A stretch of 25,711 nt of DNA from Chlamydiota bacterium (GTDB lineage Bacteria; Auribacterota; Tritonobacteria; UBA1439). The stretch's first letter is position 1. Every line of letters begins with the position of its first letter. The stretch covers positions 1-25,711 of the forward strand of contig JBAXOY010000038.1 of NCBI GenBank assembly GCA_037133055.1, written 5' to 3'. The position numbers and the translations under genes were made by a program. Shown here one piece after another: positions 18,552-25,711 of the stretch. The notes under the pieces are model-generated. The model ran no database searches, was not told the origin of the DNA, and saw only the letters and a list, made by a program, of their open reading frames with translations.

Positions 18552-21500
18552 ATGGCCCAAGTCGAGAGGCAACAGACGGTTCTGAACATTCTTCAGAATC
18601 TCCGCGGCTTGGACGGGTTGAAAAAGCTCTTCTGGGAAGAACTGAACTACGAGCGCGAGAACAAGCCCCTCAGCCCGCGTCAGTGGCCGGACAGCGCCAA
18701 ACAAACCCTCGCCGAAGACCCTATCCTTTTCGCCAGCGGCGGCGAGCAGAATGCCTTCCACGTTGTTTACTGTCGCCTGGCTTCCCCCGATTTGAGGCGT
18801 GGTTTTCAGCGCCCGGTTGTGAACCAATTGCTCCGCGACCATCCTTACGCCTTGTTCGTATTCTCGAACAAAAATCAATCAGCCTGGCACTTCCTTAACG
18901 TCAAGTATGACGAAACGCTGGAAAAGAGGCGGTTGATTCGTCGCATCACGGTATTGCCCGGCGGAGGCTTGCGAACCGCAGCGGAACGGTTGCAGATACT
19001 GGATTTAAAACCGGACAAACAACATGACTTCACGAATATCCCGCCCCTGAAGGTTCAAGAGCTCTGCGACCTTGCTTTCGATGTCGAAAAGGTAACCAAG
19101 GAATTCTACCGCGAAATCGCCAACTGGTATTTCTGGGCGCTCAAGCACGCCAAATTCCCCAAGGACGCTCCGGTGGATGCCGATGGAAAACCGTCTTTAC
19201 CGCTCATCCGTCTGCTGACGCGACTCATTTTCTGCTGGTTCCTGAAAGAGAAACGGAATCCGCGAACCGGCGTGGGGCTGATCCCAAATAGCCTGTTCGA
19301 TGCTCGGTGCGTGAAGGATTTGCTGAAGGATCCATCGCCGGAAGCCTGCACCTACTACACCGCCATCCTGCAGAACCTGTTCTTTGCCACGCTGAACACG
19401 GAAATGGATACCGCCAAGGGAAACGGCACAGGTACGCCCGGCATAGTTCCGGCACGGCGCTTCCTGAATGAGGGCGACGGTCAACGAAGCGATGAACACA
19501 TGGTCCACCAATTCTGGCGTCATGCCCGGCAACTCCGCGACGCATCCGCCTTGGAAAAGCTCCTGCGCGACATTCCTTTCTTGAACGGTGGACTTTTCGA
19601 ATGCCTTGACGACCGGGTACAGAAGGGCAATTCGCCTTATACCATTGAAGTGCGGATTGACGGCTTTGCCACCGACCCAAAGAAACAGCCCACGTTGCCA
19701 AACTTCCTGTTTTACGGCGCTCCGCAAGAGGCTGATCTTTCCGCAGCGTACGGTGATATTGCACGCCGCTGCGAAACCGTGCGGCCTTTGCTGGACATCC
19801 TGAGCCGCTATAACTTCACGCTCACCGAGAACACGCCGTTCGATCAGGAAGTCGCGCTCGATCCCGAACTGTTGGGGCATGTCTTCGAAAACCTGCTCGC
19901 CGCCTTCAATCCGGAGACCGGCACGGTTGCCCGCAAGGCAACGGGCTCGTTCTACACCCCGCGCGTGGTCGTGGATTGGATGGTGGACCAGGCGCTATTG
20001 GTGTACCTCAAAGACACGCTCACCACAGAGGACGCCGGGAAGCGGTTGAAACGGCTGTTGTCCTGGGAAGACGACAGCCACGATTTCAAGCCTGCCGAGG
20101 TCGAGAAGCTGATTGACGCCATAGACGGCCTCAAGGCCATCGACCCGGCCTGTGGCTCCGGCGCGTTCCCGATGGGCATGCTCCAGAAGCTCGTGCATGT
20201 GCTCAAGAAACTGGACCCGGAAAACAAGGGCTGGAGGAAACGACAGGCGGATGCCGCCGCCAAGATCGAAAGCGGCCCCGCTCGCGAAGAAGCGCTCAAG
20301 GCCATCGAACGGGCCTTCGCCCGCGACAACGACGACTACGGCCGCAAACTTTACCTCATCGAAAACTGTCTTTACGGTGTGGACATTCAGCCCATTGCCG
20401 TGCAGATCGCCAAACTACGTTTTTTCATCTCTCTCGTGGTGGATCAGAGCATTGATCCGAAGGAAGCGAACTACGGCATTTTGCCTTTACCAAACCTCGA
20501 AACCAAGGTCGTGGCCGCCAACACCTTGCTCGGGCTATATCGCGGCCAGCTTCTGCTCGGATCAAACGAAGTCAAACGTTTGGAGACCGAATTGCAGAAG
20601 GTTCGGCACGACTACTTCACGGCACGAAGCTACAAGCGAAAGAAGGAATTGAGGAAAGAAGACAAACGCCTTTGCGACGAACTTGCCACAGCGCTGGAAA
20701 GCAGCGGCGAATGCACGCCCTACGATGCCAAGCGGATGGTCGGATGGAATCCCTATGATACGAACACCCATGCGCCGTTCTTCGATCCCGGCTGGATGTT
20801 CGGCCTTGCGTCAAAAAATCACGACGGCGTTTTCGATGTCGTGATCGGCAATCCTCCCTATGTCCGGCAGGAGGAATTGAAGAATCAAACCGTCATCGGC
20901 AGCGACGGCAAACCGCAACCGCTCAAAGATGCGCTCAAGGGCCAATATGAATGTTTCACCGGCACGGCGGACCTTTTTGTTTATTTCTTCGAGCGATCTC
21001 TGCAACTTCTCTGCACCGGCGGCGTGTTGAGCTTCATCACCAGCAACAAGTGGTTCCGCGCGGGCTACGGCGAGCGGCTGCGAACCTATCTCGCGTACGC
21101 CACCCAGCCCAGCGTTGTGCTGGATTTCGGCGACGCGCCGGTCTTCACCTCCATCGCCTACCCGGCGATCCTCGTGACCCAGAAGACTCGCTCCGTGGAA
21201 CTGGGCAAGTTACCGAAGAATGTTGAAGCTGAGGACTGGCAGTCACGCGTGATGACATGGACGCCCGGCCCGGACATTCGCGAGTTTACCGACATTTTCG
21301 AGCGTGACGCCTTCGCGCTTGCCCAGCGCGACCTCAAACCCGACGGCTGGCGCATGGAAAACCCGGTCAGCCTGCGCCTGCTCGAACGCCTGCGAAAAGC
21401 AGGCACGCCGCTGGGCGAATATGTGAAGGGGCGATTTTACTACGGTATCAAGACCGGCCTGAACGAAGCCTTTGTCGTGGACCGCGCCAACCGCGACCGG

Positions 21501-22433
21501 TTGATCGTCGAGCATTCGTCGTCCAAGGAAGTGCTGAAACCCTTCCTGCGCGGACGCGACGTGAAGCGGTGGCGGTGCGAGTATGCGGATCAATATCTGA
21601 TCAAGATCGAGTCGTCGGAGAACAAGACGCATCCGTGGAGCGGGAAGCCGGAAAAGGAAGCGGAAAGGGTTTTCGCTAAAATCTATCCAGCCATTCACGA
21701 ATTCTTTAATGACAAAGATCGTCGCGAAGCGCTGATCAAACGATACGACCAAGGCAAGTACTTCTGGGAACTGCGATCATGCAATTACTGGCAGGAGTTC
21801 GAGCAACCGAAAGTCGTTTTTCCGGACATCGCACCGTCTGCCCAATTCGCATGGGACGAGATGAATCACTACCTTGTTAACACAAGTTACATTCTTATCG
21901 CGCCGTCATGGATGCTTTCGGTCCTGAATTCTACAGCGGTGTTGTGGTTCTATAAAAATACCAGTAACGCGATTCGCGGTGGCTATTTACGCTATATCCG
22001 ACAATACGTTGAGCAAATCCCCATTCCTCCCGCCACGCCCGCCCAACAAGCGCTTTGCGAGCGTCTGGTAGAGGCATTGATCTGGCTGCATCGGCCCGAG
22101 GCGAAGAAAGCGAAGGACGCGCCGACGGGCCTGATGATTATCTGTTTCGAACAATGGCTGAACGGCTTGGTATATGAATTGTTCTTCCCCGGTGAACTGC
22201 ACGCGCGGAAATTGAAGTTGTTCGACGAAACGGCGAAGTTGAATCCGCCGGACCTGGCAAAGCTTTCCGACTCCAGGAAGCTGACCGCGTTGCGGGAACT
22301 CCACGCCAAAGCCTACGACAGGGACGCGACGTTGCGGGCGATGCTTGTCGATCTCAAATCGCTGGACGTGGTGCGGGTGATTGGGGATGTGGACACCGCG
22401 ACAGGGAACCAGGAACCGGAGGCGGGGGAATGA
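18552..22433 (+). CDS. Large N6-adenine DNA methyltransferase, Eco57I/type IIG-like, with TaqI-like C-terminal target recognition domain
   Basis: FLNGGLF, GSFYTPR, motif I DPACGSGAF, motif IV IGNPPY and C-terminal TaqI-like region (FEQPKVVFPDI...YLVNTSY). Start ATG 18552 (GGGGTG SD) or 18513. Confidence 0.88.
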   Translation: MAQVERQQTVLNILQNLRGLDGLKKLFWEELNYERENKPLSPRQWPDSAKQTLAEDPILFASGGEQNAFHVVYCRLASPDLRRGFQRPVVNQLLRDHPYALFVFSNKNQSAWHFLNVKYDETLEKRRLIRRITVLPGGGLRTAAERLQILDLKPDKQHDFTNIPPLKVQELCDLAFDVEKVTKEFYREIANWYFWALKHAKFPKDAPVDADGKPSLPLIRLLTRLIFCWFLKEKRNPRTGVGLIPNSLFDARCVKDLLKDPSPEACTYYTAILQNLFFATLNTEMDTAKGNGTGTPGIVPARRFLNEGDGQRSDEHMVHQFWRHARQLRDASALEKLLRDIPFLNGGLFECLDDRVQKGNSPYTIEVRIDGFATDPKKQPTLPNFLFYGAPQEADLSAAYGDIARRCETVRPLLDILSRYNFTLTENTPFDQEVALDPELLGHVFENLLAAFNPETGTVARKATGSFYTPRVVVDWMVDQALLVYLKDTLTTEDAGKRLKRLLSWEDDSHDFKPAEVEKLIDAIDGLKAIDPACGSGAFPMGMLQKLVHVLKKLDPENKGWRKRQADAAAKIESGPAREEALKAIERAFARDNDDYGRKLYLIENCLYGVDIQPIAVQIAKLRFFISLVVDQSIDPKEANYGILPLPNLETKVVAANTLLGLYRGQLLLGSNEVKRLETELQKVRHDYFTARSYKRKKELRKEDKRLCDELATALESSGECTPYDAKRMVGWNPYDTNTHAPFFDPGWMFGLASKNHDGVFDVVIGNPPYVRQEELKNQTVIGSDGKPQPLKDALKGQYECFTGTADLFVYFFERSLQLLCTGGVLSFITSNKWFRAGYGERLRTYLAYATQPSVVLDFGDAPVFTSIAYPAILVTQKTRSVELGKLPKNVEAEDWQSRVMTWTPGPDIREFTDIFERDAFALAQRDLKPDGWRMENPVSLRLLERLRKAGTPLGEYVKGRFYYGIKTGLNEAFVVDRANRDRLIVEHSSSKEVLKPFLRGRDVKRWRCEYADQYLIKIESSENKTHPWSGKPEKEAERVFAKIYPAIHEFFNDKDRREALIKRYDQGKYFWELRSCNYWQEFEQPKVVFPDIAPSAQFAWDEMNHYLVNTSYILIAPSWMLSVLNSTAVLWFYKNTSNAIRGGYLRYIRQYVEQIPIPPATPAQQALCERLVEALIWLHRPEAKKAKDAPTGLMIICFEQWLNGLVYELFFPGELHARKLKLFDETAKLNPPDLAKLSDSRKLTALRELHAKAYDRDATLRAMLVDLKSLDVVRVIGDVDTATGNQEPEAGE

Positions 22434-22468
22434 ACGGACGGTTCCTCTATGTCTTTCTGGACGATTGA
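22430..22468 (+). pseudogene. N-terminal stub of a probable DUF3800-family gene
   Basis: ATGA overlap with the MTase stop. MNGRFLYVFLDD* resembles the DUF3800 first strand (LY[VI]FLDE). Only 12 codons, so the support is weak. Confidence 0.4.
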
Positions 22469-22488
22469 TGACCACGTACTTACAGCAG

Positions 22489-22557
22489 AAAAGCGACCAC
22501 CCCGGCTACTCTTGCGAGAGAGCCCCATGGGCTCTTGTCACCGGGATGGGACCTTTT
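22489..22557 (+). ncRNA. Structured RNA candidate, possibly a DUF3800-associated RNA motif
   Basis: Hairpins CTCT-TGCG-AGAG and AGAGCCC-CAT-GGGCTCT enclosed by CCCGG (22501-22505) / CCGGG (22541-22545) and outer AAAAG...CTTTT. Lies just after the DUF3800-like stub. Confidence 0.4.
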
Positions 22558-22625
22558 GGCATTTACCAATCAAATGGTATGTGATCGGCTCCTGAATATC
22601 AACGGTTGGTTGCAAGATTGAACGG

Positions 22626-24392
22626 ATGGACGACATGACAAAAGCGATACTGAACGACGTGGCCCGCTGGAGCGGCACGGAAGAAGGGCAGTTTTTCGAG
22701 CGAAAGTCGGCGCTGGACCGCTCCGGGCCGCGTTCGAAGCAACGCAAGACGGTGGCAATCGCGCATGACATCGCCGAGACGCTTTGCGCGATGGCGAATG
22801 CGGATGGCGGGGAGTTGGTGGTCGGCATGGAGAATGATGGATCGGTTTCCGGCGTTCCCCACGCCGAGGACAAAATCCGCCTGATGCTTGGGGTGCCGAA
22901 GGATCGGAACTATGTGAGTCCGCCGCTGCCTTGCCAGGCAAGCGCGGTTGTCGCCGATGGGAAGCGCTTGCTCCATTTCGAGGTGGATTGGAGCCCGGAC
23001 GTGCATTTGTTGGCTGATAGCCGATGTCTGCTGCGGGTGCGCGATCGGAATGAGCCGTTCGACAAGGACAAAGTCAAGGCACTCAAAGAATCCAAGACCC
23101 AAGGATTGTTCGAGCGGACGTTCCCTGTGGGTGCCCGGATGGAGGATTTGGACGAGGATTTATTGACCACGTTTGCCGGGAAGGCTTCTCCGGGGAGCGA
23201 GCTACGCGATGTATTGTCCCGGTTCAGGCTGATTGAGGGCCGGAATGGGCATGCTGTTCCCACGTTGGCGGCGTTGCTGTTGTTCGGTCGCGATCCGGCG
23301 CGCTGGCATGACCGCTGCGGCATTGATTTTGTCCGCTGGGAAGGCAAGGAGCGCAAGTCCGGTGCGGAACTGAATATTGCCAAGAGATTCCGGGTCGGAG
23401 CGCCGCTGGCTGTTCTGCTGGACAAGGCTTTTGAAGCCATCAAACCCTTCATTCGCGAGCGCCAGCAGTTGCACGACCTCTTTTTCATCGAGAAACTGGA
23501 ATATCCGACCTTTGCATGGCAGGAGGCGATTGTCAACGCGGTGGCCCATCGTGATTACGGTATCCGGGGACTGGGGATCGAAGTCTGGATGTTCGACGAC
23601 CGGATGGAAATCCGCAGTCCCGGCCTGCCGCCGGCACCTGTCACGCTGGACGCTTTGGCGAAACATCGGCATATGCACTGTTCCCGCAATCCCCTGATGG
23701 TGCGGACCTTGACGGCGCTGGGATACATGAGAGAACTCGGCGAGGGCGTGCCGCGTATGTTCGACGAGATGGAGCGGGCGGGTTGCTACCCACCACGATT
23801 TGAGGCAGTTGGCGGCGCGGTCGTGCAGGTGACCTTGCGCAATGAGCCGATCTATGACCGAGCCACGCTGGACTGGCTCAAGCAATTTTCGGATGTGGAA
23901 TTGTCTGGCGACCAGAAGCGCATGCTGGCCTATGCCCACGCGCACGGCGACCGGTTCACCAGCCGGGACTATCAGAAAGCAATCGGGACGGACATCTACG
24001 GGGCTTCAAATGCCATCAAGGACATGATCCGCAAGGGGATTGCTCGATCCCTGGAGAAGGGCAGCCGGGTATATGAAGTCCACGAGCCTTTGCGGTTGGA
24101 TCCAGAAGCGCCAGCGGAATTTAGCCCCATCTTGCCGTTACTTCAGCGAAAAGGCAGCATATCCAATGCCGATATGCGCCGGGTTCTGGGTGTCGCGCGA
24201 AATACGGCGGCGCGGATTCTGTCAGAACTAGTTGATGGAGAATGGCTGGTTTCGTCAGGTAAGCGGGGTCAGGGGGCCAGATATACGCCAGGCAGACGTC
24301 TATTGCATCAGTCTCCCATTGCACCAAAGGCGGCGGAGGCTGGTGCAATAGGCGTTGAGGCTGGTGCAATTAAGCCGGACGTGGAGGCCTAA
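22626..24392 (+). CDS. Schlafen/AlbA_2 domain + RecG-C-like HATPase_c_4 + winged-helix protein
   Basis: EGQFFERKS...LCAMANADGGELVVG (AlbA_2); EAIVNAVAHRDY...FDDRMEIRSPG...RNP...ELGEG (HATPase_c_4); two C-terminal HTH-like segments. Confidence 0.85.
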   Translation: MDDMTKAILNDVARWSGTEEGQFFERKSALDRSGPRSKQRKTVAIAHDIAETLCAMANADGGELVVGMENDGSVSGVPHAEDKIRLMLGVPKDRNYVSPPLPCQASAVVADGKRLLHFEVDWSPDVHLLADSRCLLRVRDRNEPFDKDKVKALKESKTQGLFERTFPVGARMEDLDEDLLTTFAGKASPGSELRDVLSRFRLIEGRNGHAVPTLAALLLFGRDPARWHDRCGIDFVRWEGKERKSGAELNIAKRFRVGAPLAVLLDKAFEAIKPFIRERQQLHDLFFIEKLEYPTFAWQEAIVNAVAHRDYGIRGLGIEVWMFDDRMEIRSPGLPPAPVTLDALAKHRHMHCSRNPLMVRTLTALGYMRELGEGVPRMFDEMERAGCYPPRFEAVGGAVVQVTLRNEPIYDRATLDWLKQFSDVELSGDQKRMLAYAHAHGDRFTSRDYQKAIGTDIYGASNAIKDMIRKGIARSLEKGSRVYEVHEPLRLDPEAPAEFSPILPLLQRKGSISNADMRRVLGVARNTAARILSELVDGEWLVSSGKRGQGARYTPGRRLLHQSPIAPKAAEAGAIGVEAGAIKPDVEA

Positions 24393-24395
24393 AAC

Positions 24396-24554
24396 ATGCC
24401 CGCACACGACATCATTGATAATCGCACCGAAAAACTGGTTGACCACCTCAATCAGATGCTCGGTTCCAGCGAGCGCGCCCGGTTCGCGGTGGGCTACCTT
24501 TTCCTGTACGGCCTAACGGAAGAGGAGATTCGGATTGTGGAGGGCGGACGGTGA
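24396..24554 (+). pseudogene. 52-aa fusion scar: N-terminus of a PLD/SNF2-type helicase joined to the C-terminus of a type IIG-like MTase
   Basis: MPAHDIIDNRTEKLVDHLNQMLGSSERARFAVGYLFL-YGLTEEEIRIVEGGR*. GGAGG SD upstream; GTGA overlap with tcmP. Confidence 0.65.
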
Positions 24555-25366
24555 ACCTGGACAAAATCGGCCTCTGGTCCGAAATCAAGTTGGGAATCTT
24601 ACGGGAATACGCGAGCGCGTTTACAACGCTCTTGAAGGCAAAGTCATGGTGCAAGGGATGCTGCTATATTGATGCCTTCGCGGGTGCGGGAGTTCACATT
24701 TCAAAAGCATCAGGCAAGATGATTCCTGGATCGCCAATCAACGCTCTTTTCGTTGCCCCACCCTTCGACCGCATTGTATTGATTGACATGGACGCGCAAA
24801 AGGTAGACTTGTTGAGAAAACTATGCGGTTACGACAAACGAGTGGAAATCATTTCCGGCGATTGTAATGAGGTGCTATCAGGCAAAGTGGCATTTTCGTT
24901 GCCTTTCTCGTCGTATTGGCGAGGCCTCTGCGTTCTGGACCCTTATGGTATACATGGGAAGACGCTCAAGTGGAAGACGGTTAAGCAACTCGCTGAACTG
25001 AACACCGTGGATATCTTCCTGAACTTTCCTCTAATGGACATCAACCGCAATACCTTGAGGAGTCGTCTGAATGATGCGTCTGCAATCGACATCGTTTCAT
25101 TCAAGGAGTTCTGGGGTGGGGAAGAGTGGATAGGCAAGATGTATCAGCCGGATTTGTTCGGCGACTTGGACAAGGTCGGTACTAACCGCACTTTAGCGGG
25201 TTTGTTCCAGCAGCGTTTACGGGAGGTGGCTGGATTTAAGTTCGTGCCTAACCCTATCCTGATGAAAAACACAAAAGGTGGCGAACTCTATTTTCTATTT
25301 TTCGCGTCTCATCAGCCGGTTGCTCAGAAGATTGTTGAGGATATTTTCACAAAATACGGTGGATAA
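24551..25366 (+). CDS. tcmP: Three-Cys-motif partner protein TcmP (SAM-binding methyltransferase-like fold)
   Basis: WSEIKLGILREY, YIDAFAGAG, GDCN, LDPYG, DIFLNFP and KNTKGGELYFLFFASH are typical TcmP blocks. Confidence 0.85.
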   Translation: MNLDKIGLWSEIKLGILREYASAFTTLLKAKSWCKGCCYIDAFAGAGVHISKASGKMIPGSPINALFVAPPFDRIVLIDMDAQKVDLLRKLCGYDKRVEIISGDCNEVLSGKVAFSLPFSSYWRGLCVLDPYGIHGKTLKWKTVKQLAELNTVDIFLNFPLMDINRNTLRSRLNDASAIDIVSFKEFWGGEEWIGKMYQPDLFGDLDKVGTNRTLAGLFQQRLREVAGFKFVPNPILMKNTKGGELYFLFFASHQPVAQKIVEDIFTKYGG

Positions 25367-25367
25367 A

Positions 25368-25711
25368 GTGAACCTTTCGATTTTAGGGAACTCCGTCCGC
25401 GAACAAAAAGCGGCCTACGCGGCGGCGATCGCCGGCCAGGATCATGCGCTGGTGCGGGAGCTTTGGACGATTCGGGGGCACTCAAACCCCTTCCAAATCC
25501 AACGCATCGCGCAAAGATCGGGTTTGCCGGTGCGGTGGCTGGCGAAACCGCCGACCGTCAACGGCGAGCGGGGGATGACTAAACTGATGGAGGAGCGCAA
25601 TGTCTTGCTTCTGCGGGACCGGAAGAGTCCCTTCATCGAGCAGTTCCAGCATCCGCTTGGGCGATGCGCCAAGTTCTTCAAGCTAACGGCATACAACAAT
25701 TGCAATTTCTG
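25368..25711 (+). CDS. Spore-photoproduct-lyase-like radical SAM protein (partial, runs off the window)
   Basis: Not in the ORF track. GTG 1 nt after the tcmP stop, then 114 open codons ending ...LLLRDRKSPFIEQFQHPLGRCAKFFKLTAYNNCNF. This resembles the SplB-like lead-in to the first Cys of CxxxCxxC, but the motif itself is cut off. Confidence 0.5.
   Translation, partial: MNLSILGNSVREQKAAYAAAIAGQDHALVRELWTIRGHSNPFQIQRIAQRSGLPVRWLAKPPTVNGERGMTKLMEERNVLLLRDRKSPFIEQFQHPLGRCAKFFKLTAYNNCNF

Noticed and set aside
18552..25711. Calling the island BREX or DISARM
   Set aside because: No pglZ/brxC or intact drmA/B/C-type genes in the window; only an MTase and a helicase stub.

Overview
Chromosomal replication-origin region of a GC-rich bacterium. 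The GyrA QRDR sequence [19 protein letters not shown] suggests the PVC superphylum (inference). Minus strand: dnaA-[oriC]-dnaN-dciA(DUF721)-gyrB-gyrA. Plus strand: rpmH-rnpA-yidD-yidC-jag/khpB-mnmE-mnmG-[2x parS]-parA-parB-rsmI. recF and rsmG are missing from their usual slots, and inverted-repeat elements sit there instead. The one after mnmG is a 191-bp MITE-like element with TIRs, an 8-bp target duplication and a collapsed four-helix-bundle gene. From about 18.4 kb there is a lower-GC defence-type island. It holds a large N6-adenine MTase (Eco57I/type IIG-like), a probable DUF3800 stub plus structured RNA, a Schlafen/AlbA_2-HATPase-HTH protein, a 52-aa helicase/MTase fusion scar, tcmP, and a spore-photoproduct-lyase-like radical SAM gene cut by the window end. 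At the left end gyrA loses its last CTD blade and runs into a truncated opposite-strand TIGR00725-like gene, probably a chimeric join. Family assignments are from motif recognition only; no searches were run.
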